NCBI RefSeq assembly: GCF_006345805.1
Contig: NW_021836509.1
Coordinates: 1 to 24,155 of the forward strand
Direction of reading: 5' to 3'
From: Octopus sinensis
Lineage: Eukaryota
DNA length: 24,155 nucleotides
Below are positions 1 to 10,416 of this stretch, in pieces. Under the pieces are notes generated by a model. It made no database searches. It was not told the DNA's origin and saw only the letters and a program-made list of their open reading frames with translations. The first letter of the stretch is position 1; each line of letters opens with the position of its first letter. A program made the translations under genes and the position numbers.

Positions 1-337
1 TAGTTTTTAACACTCGAATAGCTAAACTATGGTACATAAACACTAGCACATACTTCTACTGGCACTAAATGCCATACAGTTATCACTGACTCACGGCAGA
101 ACGAGTCATTGAGGTTGCACTGTGTGACAGTTGCCGGGTTCCAGTTTTGAGATATATTAACCTTTTTCATACCTCTATTCCCTCTAACTTGTGTGCTCGT
201 GCGCGCGACTAAGTTAGTTTTTTTTCTTTTTACTTTCTCAGTTAAGGGACGTGTTAACAAAAACAGCATCAATCTCACGGCTGTCAGAGAGCATAGAGAG
301 ATCACGGGCACTGCCCCTGCCTGTTCAGCTTGCAAGT

Positions 338-338
<1 letters not shown>

Positions 339-408
<70 letters not shown>

Positions 409-730
409 CACACACGTACACACACGTATATATATTATACGCTTGTATAAACACACACACACATATATATATATATATATTTGTATATTATATGTATGCG
501 CGCGTGTATATATATATATAATGTGTGTATATATATATATTATGTGTGTGTGTATGTGTGTATATATTATATGTATATCAATATATGTATGTATAGTGAT
601 CTTTCAGATTATGATCACAAAGTGAAAGTGGTTTGCAGTAGTCATAAACCTCCTCGATAACCTTGAATGTATGTATGTATGTATGTATGTATGTATGTAT
701 GTATGTGGTGTGTGTATGTATGTGTGTGTG
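339..730. repeat. Compound microsatellite: (CT)n, (CA)n, (TA)n/(TG)n, then (TATG)n after a short unique spacer
   Basis: Directly visible tandem units: (CT)n 339-404, mixed TA/TG to ~600, (TATG)n ~667-730. Confidence 0.95.
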
Positions 731-745
731 GCGGGTGCTTTTTTT

Positions 746-812
746 TGAGCGGAAGGAACGACAGCGACAGTCCATAAGTTCATAATAAGAACTGGTGTAA
801 TCCCTTAATTTT
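746..812 (+). repeat. Solo copy of the terminal region of the TIR-like element at 5978-6397
   Basis: tgagcggaaggaacgacagcga(cagtcca)taagttcataataagaactggtgtaatcccttaatttt matches the reverse complement of 6337-6396 apart from a 7-nt insertion and one substitution. Confidence 0.85.
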
Positions 813-931
813 TCTTTTGTACCTTGGTAAACCTGCCACTAAAAAGAAATTCTTATTTCCATTTCTAGTGCTGCCCCTAAGTAGAGTGCTTATTTTTGGC
901 TTATATATAACATGATGGGTAACTGTGAGCT

Positions 932-1016
932 CATTACAGCTGTTTCGTATGCATATTTTTAATCGAAGAATGTTCTCATTCTTCTATTTAAAAATGCGTA
1001 AGAAACAGCTGTAATG
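932..1016. repeat. Long imperfect inverted repeat (~40-bp arms, 4-nt loop)
   Basis: cattacagctgtttc (932-946) is the exact reverse complement of gaaacagctgtaatg (1002-1016). Pairing continues inward with a few mismatches to gaagaatg-ttct-cattcttc. Confidence 0.9.
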
Positions 1017-1237
1017 TTTGATTACGATACACCAATGGTATTTACGAGTTGTCAGACAGCCTAGAATATACCAACAACGTACTATGGACCAGCCCCTAGG
1101 CACTACAGACTTATCAGGTTTGTTTTCTCTGTGTACACCACTGGAATATTCTATTTGATACTTACGATCTATAAGCCGGAGCCACGGATTTATCCAACCC
1201 TACATGGTGCATATCTATCTGAATCCTTATTTTACAA

Positions 1238-1275
1238 TACACACACACACACACACAAATACACACACACATACA

Positions 1276-1336
<61 letters not shown>

Positions 1337-1528
1337 CGTATATATACATATATACATACACACACACACACACACACAGAGGCACACACGAACACACACA
1401 CATCTAGTTCACTGACAGCAAGGGATATAAATAAACACTATTCAATTAAAATTTACGAATATAAATGTAAATGTATTTTTGCATCATGTGTTAAAACAGG
1501 GTGTGTGTATGGGTTATACATATATTAC

Positions 1529-1566
<38 letters not shown>

Positions 1567-1643
1567 TATATATATATTATATATACATATATATATATAT
1601 ATACATTTATATATAATATATATACATATACACATTTATATAT

Positions 1644-1679
<36 letters not shown>

Positions 1680-1682
1680 ATA

Positions 1683-1732
<50 letters not shown>

Positions 1733-2203
1733 GTATGCGTGTGACTTGTATATATATTAAACTCATAATTGTATTTTGATAAACCGGATTATTTTCGTTT
1801 CGTTGACGTTAGCGAAGCATAGTCATCGGTGTTTGATAACCATGTGTGTGTGTATGTATGTATGTATGTGTATGTATGTATGTATGTATGTATGTATGTA
1901 CGTATGTATGTGTGTATGTACGTATGTACGTGTGTATGTATGTGTGTATGTATGTGTGTGATTATGTAGGTATGTTTGTATGTATGTATGTATGTATGTA
2001 CGTATGTATGTACGTACGTATGTATGTGTGTATGTATGTACGTATGTACGTATGTATGTGTGTATGTATGTACGTATGTATGTATGTATGTATGTATGTA
2101 CGTACGTATGTATGTGTGTATGTATGTGTGTGCGTATGTTTGTATGTATGTATGTATGTATGTATGTATGTGTGTATGTATGTATGTATGTATTATGTAT
2201 GTA

Positions 2204-2242
<39 letters not shown>

Positions 2243-2457
2243 AGGGGGCGGTGTGTCTGTATCTATAAACCAGAAACAGCGTGATTATATGCGTGAGAAT
2301 ATAGTGATCAATTTACTCTTTTATGCATGCTGTTGCTGCTGCTGCCACTGCTACTACTAATATAAAAACATTGAAATGGTGAGTGTGTATGGGTGTGGTT
2401 TACTCTACAAATGTCAACACACACACATACACACATACATATAATGCAATTATATGA

Positions 2458-2527
<70 letters not shown>

Positions 2528-2626
2528 ATATGATATATATATATAGTATGTATATATGTATATATATATATGTATATATATTAATATATATATATATATG
2601 TATATATATAATATATATAAATGTAG

Positions 2627-2698
<72 letters not shown>

Positions 2699-2838
2699 AT
2701 ATATATATATATATACATACATATATATATATTATATATATATATATATATAACATTTATATATATATATATACATATATATATACATATATATAAATAT
2801 ACACATATATATATATACATATATACATATATACATAC

Positions 2839-2871
<33 letters not shown>

Positions 2872-2897
2872 ATATATTATATATATTTATATATATC

Positions 2898-2934
<37 letters not shown>

Positions 2935-2962
2935 ACACACTATATATATATATACATGTATA
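1238..2962. repeat. Large compound microsatellite block: (CA)n, (TA)n, (TATG)n/(TACG), (TG)n with short spacers
   Basis: Direct observation: CA/TA 1238-1402, TA 1520-1735, TATG/TG 1841-2240, TA 2460-2960. Confidence 0.95.
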
Positions 2963-3654
2963 CAGCTGTTGCTATTGCGCGCAGAAACGTTGTGATTTGT
3001 GATTAAAGCCTGTTCATTCCAACTGGTTTCGTAGATTTTTGCCTAGTATGTGTAAATACATATATTCAGGCGTGTATATATGTATATACACATGATTGTA
3101 TTTATAGAAATACGCGCACAAATATGTATATGTATATATGTGTGTATGTGTATTTTTTTTTTGTGTGTGTAATGAAGGACTCTCTGTTTAACTGTTAAAG
3201 GCCTTACGTTAGTGTTCCTTAGCTTCCCTGGGTCAACACAAGTCCAAGCAGGCGGATGATTTAACCATGACTATCCAAGTATATACTATATCTAGCATCA
3301 TCATAATTTAATATACTGCCCCTGTAAGGTAGCTCATGTGTGGCTATATGTAGAATTTGCTGTTATTTCTAGTATTTTGACCGACTACTTAGAGCGTACA
3401 CCATTGGTTTGCGCTTCAATGTATCTATATCGTGTGTATTGCAGTAGAACAAGGAATTTCACAGAATTTGTCAATAATCTAACCTAGACAGACATCAAAC
3501 CTTGCATTTTTTTTCAAAATCTATATCTGGTGCACATGTCCTTTCGACATTTCTTTTCTTCTTTCTCCAATCCATCTTTTTTTCTTTTTCCCTCCCTTTC
3601 TTGCTCTCCTTCAAACTGTCTATATCTCCATGTGGGCGAGTCTTTTTATATTTC

Positions 3655-3767
3655 TATTTATCTATCTATCTATCTGTCTATCTGTCTGTCCACTCGATCT
3701 CCCTCTTCTCTCTCTCTCTCTCTCTCCTCTCTCTCCTCTCTCTCTCTCTCTATATCTATATATATAG

Positions 3768-3800
<33 letters not shown>

Positions 3801-4030
3801 CTATATATATATATATATATATATATAGGATAGATAGATAGATATAGATTTTAATCTTCTTGAATCATTACTCTGGTTTATGGTTCGTGGCTCCGAGTAT
3901 TCAAACGGTCCATTTGAACAATTAGAAACGTGGAACTCAATGTTAACATTCCAGAACGCGCGCGTATGTATGTATGTATGTATGTGTATGTGCATTATAT
4001 ATAATATATATATATAGATAAGACACGTGA

Positions 4031-4099
<69 letters not shown>

Positions 4100-4130
4100 T
4101 ATTTATTTATTTATTTATTTATTTATTATT
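3655..4130. repeat. Compound microsatellites (TATC)n, (CT)n, (TA)n, (TTTA)n around a short unique spacer
   Basis: Direct observation. Confidence 0.9.
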
Positions 4131-4800
4131 CACGTGCCTTATTTTGCCTTATTTTCCTTCTCTTCGCCATCACCCATCTCTCTTAAACATCTCATTATGC
4201 TCTCTCTACACCATCACGTCTCTTGCTTCATCTTCTCTTCCTCCTCCTTCTCCTCCTCTCTCTTAATGCTTACTTCCCACGCGCAACATAACTGATTTCC
4301 ATTGGCAAATGCCGGAGAGAAATTGAGAGATAGAGAGAGCTAAACAAAGGTAAACAAGCTCCCGGCAATCTGAATTAAATAACGGCGACGGTGTGGTTCC
4401 CGTTTCGATTCCTGTTGGCAAGCAATCAAGCCTCTCTCCCTCTCTCCATTTCTCCCGTTAAAGCATTTTTGAGAAGGAGAGGTGAAGGCTTCTAGTTAAA
4501 ATGAATGTTCACTGCAGCTTCAAATTTCCAGCCCCGTTTAAATGAGAGAAAGCTTTGTTTTCCTTTTACTATAGCAAAGTTGAGAAATGCATAAACACCA
4601 CATAATTTCATATCAATAAATGGTTTTGTGGTTACTTTTATATATGATTATGCAGCCTAAAACCAGGGATGTGGATCTCTGGCTGGAGATGCGTGGTGCT
4701 GCTGCTAAGAGATTCAATAAAAAGAAGGAAAAGGGTACGAATTTAGCATATATTACGCAAACTCCAGCGAAAAACGCAAGAATGGCCGGTCAAGAATTAC

Positions 4801-4876
4801 CTGCTTTAGAGTTCTACAGGCCGATACCAAGGGGACAGAGTACAGCTGAGGCGAACTACAGGGCATTGTTCAGGAC
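4801..4876 (-). other. Candidate 76-nt non-coding or stop-containing exon
   Basis: Minus strand reads ttctgtatgttttcag|GTCCTG...AAGCAG|gtaatt, with canonical acceptor and donor. The segment is more GC-rich than its flanks and has a stop in all three frames. Confidence 0.35.
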
Positions 4877-5499
4877 CTGAAAACATACAGAATCAATATC
4901 CGTGGCCTTATTTTAGTAAATCCCTTCAATATTGGTATTACATTGTAATTCCCTATTTTAGGGAACCACTTTTGTTTAGTAAATCAGAGACCATACAGTT
5001 GGCATTGAAGCCGTTGATTTTGGCGACCTCACAGATTTTCACTCTGTCGCTAAATTCTTTGATATTTCGCCATCTCTGTTTAAGTCTTCGTCTTAAATGT
5101 AACACTCTCAAATATGGCACATCAGTCGTCCTCGTTCTCATGACTACTTTTCGTACATTGCGTCTATACTCTGTCTCTCTTCTGTTGTTTATCTTGCAGT
5201 CCCATGTCTTGAAGATAAATGGAAGGAAAATCATTACAAGATACTGCCACATTTCCTTACTACAATCTCCAAATTCTTCGGAATTTCCTTAAAAAATCCC
5301 AGAAAAGGTTTTAAAGCCTTTTATTTCGAGCAACAAGCTAGTTGCCAGTCATAGCTTTTAACTACCCACTCTCACAAACATATTCTGTCTGAAATGAAAG
5401 AGTTTATGGTGGGATGGTCACGTAGCAAGAATACCTTTGATCATAGATCTATTTATCAAACAAGATTGACTCAGATGGACGATGGAGTTGGGTAGGGTG

Positions 5500-5640
5500 A
5501 AATAGCAGGATCGGTGGAGCACCGAATAAAACGACTTCTGTGCTTAGTTGTATCGCCCTCTTTTGAGTTCTTGTACCAAATCGCGTCGAACTCGAAATTT
5601 GCCTTTCATCCTTGCAGGATGGATAAAGTTAATTACCTGT
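5500..5640 (+). mobile_element. Degenerate tRNA-derived SINE (family B) fragment
   Basis: gagttc...aaatttgcctttcatccttgcaggatggataaa aligns with the family B body at 8840-8905. Confidence 0.6.
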
Positions 5641-5754
5641 CACTGTTGTTGTTGTTTTACTCTAGGTCGACCTTACTCAATCAAAGACGTTTCATCCGTG
5701 ACTAGCTCATCTTACTTTTTTTAGAATTACATTATGCGTTGTGTCTCTGCATAC

Positions 5755-5900
5755 ATGCGTATGTATGCCTGCACGTATGTACGTATGTATGTATGTAGAT
5801 AGGTAGGTAGGTAATTAGGTAGGTAGGTAGGTATATATGTAGATAGATAGGTAGGTAGGTAATTAGGTAGGTAGGTAGGTAGGTAGGTAGGTAGGTAGGT
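5755..5900. repeat. (TATG)n followed by (TAGG)n microsatellite
   Basis: Direct observation. Confidence 0.95.
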
Positions 5901-5977
5901 TCGAGGACTCAGATTTTGCTAAGAGAAACGAGATCGTTTTCGGGTCCCATTCTGCTTTTTACTTTCCCGCGTCCTAC

Positions 5978-6397
5978 CTGACCGGAAGTGACGACAGTGA
6001 ATCTTATAATTTCGTTGTAAACAAATTTATGTAACAACCAACGTATAGAATGTAAGTATATAGTATATAATATGAAAACCGTATTTTATATAAGATGAAA
6101 GCAATCACTTTTACGGGAAAACATAACAGTTACGGATGCTCGAAATGAGATCCACAAATAGCTTTTAACAATTTCTTGAGCTGTTTCCAGAATTGCTCTC
6201 ATAAAGATATGATATATAAAAAGCAAACCTCCGAATTGCTTTCTCTGCTATTTCTGAAATAATTAGGATATCACTAGAAGGTACTATACAAGTAACGTAC
6301 CTGTGGTCCAGGCAATTATGAGGGAGTTCTATTAATAAAATTAAGGGATTACACCAGTTCTTATTATGAACTTATCGCTGTCGTTCCTTCCGGTCAG
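5978..6397. mobile_element. Unclassified ~420-bp element with imperfect 23-bp terminal inverted repeats (MITE-like)
   Basis: Left end ctgaccggaagtgacgacagtga vs reverse complement of right end ctgaccggaaggaacgacagcga: 20/23 identical. The interior is AT-rich and non-coding, and a third copy of the end lies at 746-812. No TSD identified. Confidence 0.55.
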
Positions 6398-7224
6398 TTT
6401 ATTTTCATTTTTTATTATAAACCCTCACAATTGCATGTTAACCGATCGAACAACTAGACCGTGCATGAGACATGGTTCATCATCAGGCGGGCCGCACTAC
6501 TAAAAGAAATTCTAAAGTAAGCTTTTGTTAGGCGTGTCAGTCAGAAAATTCCGCGCGCCGCAGTTTGCCTGTGACTGAACTAAAGGCTCATGAACCGGAA
6601 CCGACGAATTTCTCATATAACCGTCACACCCTATAAAACTTACGCAACACAACACAAACATACACGCTCTCATTCATTGACACACACGCACACATTGTAT
6701 CTCCCCACCTCTCTCTCTCTCTCCCTCTATCTCTACCTGTCTGTCTGTCTGTCTATCTGTCTATCACTTTCTCTAAAAAAATCAGACGTCCCCTCCCATT
6801 AAGAAACGATTTAAGGCAAAAAAGAAGTCGTTAACCGCTATTTTATCGACATCTTAGCGTTTCAAAACAAAACAGAAATGACAAAAGGCATTATTGTCAA
6901 GCGCTCTACCTATTCTGTCAATTCAATCACATGATCATCACCATCGTCATCATAACGTTCACTTTTTCATGATTGCAGGGGGTCAGACAGTATTCATTGA
7001 GGCCGAAGGATTCCTGTGGCCGGATGCCCTTCATGTCGCCAACTGTTTTTCTTTTTTTCTTTTAACAAGCAAGGTAATATTTCCCCATAACCCAACATAT
7101 TGTTTCCGCGGAAGACTGGAAACTAACGACACCGCTTGTATGACGGTCACAGTTGTTCACAAATATCTTGCGACATCAAGGCAAAGAGAGATAAACACGT
7201 GTGTGTGTGTGTGTGTGTGTGTAA

Positions 7225-7362
7225 CAGGCCTCTTTCAGTTACTGTCTACCAAACTCACTCGCAAGGCTTTGCTCGGCCTCGCCCTAAATGCTGCGCAATG
7301 TGACTGAACGCGAAACCACATGTTTGGGAAACGAACTTCTTAACCACACAGCCTTGCCTGCG
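7225..7362 (-). mobile_element. SINE family A, 5' portion (degenerate)
   Basis: Reverse complement begins cgcaggcaaggctgtgtggttaagaagttcg...tggtttcgcgttcagtc and ends ggtagacagtaactgaaagaggcc, matching 11740-11900. Confidence 0.75.
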
Positions 7363-7529
7363 TTTGTATGTAACTATTGATTAAATAGACCTCCTAATAT
7401 TTGACTGGTATTTTATTCGAGCCGACGGAGTGGGGAGGGAGGTCCACAACGTGGTCGCTCGGGCTGCTAGAAATAGCAGGTCCAGTGACAACTCACCTTC
7501 TGGTAGTTCACAAAGGTAGTACTAGGAGT

Positions 7530-7710
7530 CCGTGAACTAAATATAGATGTTGCACGGATGGTAGTCGAACCAAGAAAGAAAGGTCAGGCTTGGCCGAATA
7601 CCGGTCACAGGGGGAGATAGAAGAGAGAGAGAGGTAGAGGTAGAGAGATAGAACAATTAAGGAGGGGCGAGAAAAAATGAAAGGGACACAGTGAAGTGAA
7701 AGAGCAAGAA
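7530..7710 (-). repeat. Fragment of the interspersed repeat at 22700-23240
   Basis: Reverse complement gtgaccggtattcggccaagcctgacc...gttcgactaccatccgtgcaacatct aligns with gtgaccggttttccgccaaccctgatc...gttcgactaccatccgtgtagcatct at 22777-22837. Confidence 0.75.
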
Positions 7711-7719
7711 GAGAATGCC

Positions 7720-7885
7720 AGTGACTGTTTGTCCCCCCCCCCACCACCACCATCGCTTGACAATGGATGTTGGTGTATTTACGTCCACGTCACTTAGCGG
7801 TTCAGCAAAAAGAGACCGATATAATAAGTACTAGGCTTTCCAAGTGTAAGTTCTGGGGATCGATATATTCGACTAAAGATGGTGC
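7720..7885 (+). mobile_element. SINE family A, 3' half
   Basis: tttgtccccc...catcgcttgacaa...cttagcggttcagcaaaaagagaccgat...aagtactaggctt...cgactaaagatggtgct matches 11940-12095. Confidence 0.85.
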
Positions 7886-7889
7886 TTTG

Positions 7890-8100
7890 CAAGATTCTTG
7901 ATGTGAAATCGTGTGTTGAAACAGATATTGTTATATTTCGGGACGGTCATTTTCTTTTTTTCTTTTTGCCAAATAAACACACGCACCATATATTTGTTCT
8001 TCACTCGTCTATTACTGTTCTTTTTAAAATTTTAACTCATGTCCATTGTCCGGAAATATTTCGTCACACATCTGTGACCTCTTCTGCGACACTTTTCGTT
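7890..8100 (-). mobile_element. Penelope-like terminal (pseudo-LTR) fragment carrying a hammerhead-like motif
   Basis: Contains the motif at 8047-8091 followed on the minus strand by an A-rich tail. Class assignment is inferred from the known association of Penelope-like elements (PLEs) with hammerheads. Confidence 0.4.
8047..8091 (-). ncRNA. Degenerate minimal type I hammerhead ribozyme motif
   Basis: Minus strand: tgtcg-CAGAAGA-g-gtcaca[gatg]tgtgac-GAAA-tatttc-cggaca. It has a 6-bp stem II and palindromic AAATATTT at stem III; core U4 is replaced by A and stem I is imperfect. Confidence 0.45.
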
Positions 8101-8104
8101 TTCG

Positions 8105-8175
8105 TGTGTAGGGTCCGTGGGAAAATTTGTTAAAATAAAAAGGGTCCTTGGTAGGGAAAAGGTTGGACACCACTG
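8105..8175 (+). mobile_element. Isolated terminus of a hAT (Charlie-like) non-autonomous element
   Basis: Ends aaaaggttggacaccactg followed by ccctagag, resembling Charlie-type termini and their TAGA-containing target site. The other end is not found. Confidence 0.45.
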
Positions 8176-8289
8176 CCCTAGAGTCTTAAAGAAGGAAATA
8201 ATATATTGACTAATGTAGTCCTACATACAAACGCTTTGAAAGACAGGGTGGTCATGGATGGAATGCTTTTGATCATAGGTCTGTTCGAT

Positions 8290-8945
8290 CAGTGAACTAC
8301 TGGTGTCGATAATATCGACTAATCCCTCCCTTAGACTTTCAAAACTTTTACCGATGTCAAAAACGGCAATTGAAGCTAGTAGAATCGTTAGTGCGTCGAA
8401 CAAAATGCTTCATGGCATTTCTGTCTGTTCTTTACATTCTGAGTTTAAATACCGCCCTGGTCAACTTGGCCTTTCATCCATTCGGAGTCGATAAATGACT
8501 ACCAACAAATTACTGGGGTTCATTTGATTGACTAACACTCTCTCCGCAAAATTGTTGGCTTTGTGCCAAAATTTGCAGCCAAGCGCGCCGGACAAAATGC
8601 TAAGAGGCATTTTGTCCGTCTTTATGTTCTAAGTTCAAATATCACCATGGCCGACTTTGTCTTTCATCGTTTCGAGGTCGAAAAAATGAATATCAGTTGA
8701 GCACTGGGGTCGATGTAATCGACTCTCCCCATCCCCAGACGTTTCAGAAAGAATGGTATTTAAGGCGGCGAGCTGGCAGAATCGTTAGCGCGCCGAAAAA
8801 AAAACATGTTTTACGGTATTTCTTCTGACTCTTAACGTTCTGATTTCAAATCTCACCGAGGTCTTCTTTGTATTTCATCCTTTCGGGGGTCGATAAAGTA
8901 AAGTATCAATGAAATAGTGGGGTCGATGTAATCGACTAATCCTCT
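8290..8945 (+). mobile_element. Head-to-tail array of tRNA-derived SINE family B: tail fragment ~8290-8345 plus copies ~8365-8577, ~8582-8740, ~8763-8945
   Basis: Repeated modules agaatcgttag(t/c)gcg...gttc/ttcaaat...ctttcatc...gtcga(t)aaa...actggggtcgatgtaatcgact. A-box-like tggcagaatcg and B-box-like (a)gttcaaat are present. Confidence 0.85.
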
Positions 8946-9096
8946 CACTCATTGGATTAATGTGTGAAGTGGATGAATATTCCACAGACACGTGCACCCT
9001 CAAAGTAATTCTCGAGTAAAATCAGTATGACCCTTTGTGTGACTTGGTCGGACCTTTAAGTTATAAGTACAGTCTACTGGGAAGGATCCATACCGA

Positions 9097-9243
9097 TTCC
9101 GTTTCCCATTTCCACTTACTAGATATGGGCCGACCCGAGGCTATGGTTAAAAAAGATTCTTGACAAAGATGCTATGCAGTGGGCTGGAACCCATGGCATT
9201 ATGATTGCGAAGCGATCTTCTTATCCACTCAGCCACGCCTGCG
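9097..9243 (-). mobile_element. SINE family A, 5' portion (old, divergent)
   Basis: Reverse complement gcaggcgtggctgagtggataagaagatcgc...gggttccagcccactgc...catagcctcgggtcggcc matches the head at 11740-11860. Confidence 0.7.
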
Positions 9244-9654
9244 TTCTAACGCTAATATTGATGTGACTGCAGCATATTCTGATCGATATGTTACTTTCAC
9301 CTTTTGCCAGAGCCTCATGACAAGGCGGCGAGAGGCCTTGCTACGCTAAGCTAGCCAATATTGCGCATGAGCAGTCGATGAAGTCACCACTAGTACTTAA
9401 CTGCTAGTTTATATTATTGTCCCCGGAAACAGGAAAAGGACAGATTTCTCGTCGGCGCAGAACTGGGACTGAGAATATAAAGACTACACTGTAATATGTA
9501 TACAAGTACGCGCGCGCATACACACACACACACACACACACACTGTAGGCGTGTGATTTAATTGTTATATCTAGCAGGTCGAGCAATCACCTATAGTCTT
9601 CCTTTTTGGTTCATAAAGTTTGTTGTTGTTGTAACCTCATTTCAGGACCCATTG

Positions 9655-9790
9655 ACGTAGTGGTATTTTATTTTATCGACCCAGAAGAATTAAGGTCAAA
9701 GTTGACCTTGGCACAATTGGGATTACGAACGTAAAGAACCACGACAAATACCGCAGAGCAATTTGTCCGCTGTAATGCTCCTGCGAATTT
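9655..9790 (-). mobile_element. SINE family B fragment
   Basis: Reverse complement gcggtatttgtc...ttctttacgttc...caaggtcaactttgacc...gggtcgataaaataaaatacca matches the family B body. Confidence 0.7.
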
Positions 9791-10235
9791 CTCAAAGACA
9801 TACAAATGAAATTTAATCGAACTTGAAGGACATGGTTTCTGCTAAACGTTTGATGCTAAACAAAGTTATATAAAAACAAAGAGAAAGTTTAGGTTGTTTT
9901 AAACAATACACGGGTTAACAAGTTAATAAAACATGAAATGAGCATAAATTTTGCAAAACACGAAAAACATTCAGGATTACTCGGTGGGGAACACCGTGTC
10001 TGGTGTGGGCCGAGCTACCCTACATCTCAGTCCTGCTTTTCCTCGCTTTGAGTTCTGGTGCTCGCAAAAGCATCCGTCAGCTTTTTTGGTGGGATTTGGT
10101 GCATTAGGAAAATCCTAACGAGCTTGAGTTCACTTTCTTTCCTTTGCTCGGGGATTACTAATACCCTGTTGTTCATGGAAAAAGATTTTCTTGAAAATAT
10201 TTCGTCCATAAATTTGAAAGATACACTTTGATATA

Positions 10236-10416
10236 CAATAATCCCTCGATTCTCGTGGGTGAAAATAGGTGAAAATCCGCGAAGTTGAAACAGTACTGTA
10301 CTGTATATTTTTAAAAGTATTTTTATAATTTGTGTATATTTATTGTATTATAAATGCAAAATAACACCACGGTGGAATCAACGTAAGCTTAAATAATAAA
10401 TCGCGAGGGATTATTG
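10236..10416. mobile_element. Tc1/mariner-superfamily (pogo/Tigger-like) MITE, 181 bp
   Basis: Perfect 13-bp TIR CAATAATCCCTCG...CGAGGGATTATTG flanked by TA on both sides (10234-10235, 10417-10418). Confidence 0.9.

Noticed and set aside
27-4266. Many 60-140 aa ORFs rich in YI, CV, HT, SL or RE repeats (also at 14743-15496 and 16395-19499)
   Set aside because: They are translations of microsatellites that lack stop codons, with no domain content.
4620-4880. 86-aa plus-strand ORF as a gene
   Set aside because: No recognisable domain or supporting signals; the splice signals in this interval are on the opposite strand.
5795-5900. (TAGG)n as a telomeric repeat or strong G-quadruplex
   Set aside because: It is not TTAGGG and has only GG runs; it is an ordinary tetranucleotide microsatellite.
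5971-5995. CCGGAAGTGACG as a housekeeping-promoter ETS/CRE site with an adjacent minus-strand donor (CAG|GTAGGA)
   Set aside because: The motif lies within the terminal repeat seen three times in the window, and there is no CpG island or other promoter support.
8237-8257. tgaaagacagggtggtca resembling miR-71
   Set aside because: Several mismatches, no precursor hairpin, and it lies in a short dispersed repeat also seen near 5410-5470.
8290-8945. CRISPR-like or satellite array
   Set aside because: The units are ~160-210-bp diverged SINE copies in eukaryotic DNA, with no constant repeat plus unique spacer pattern.
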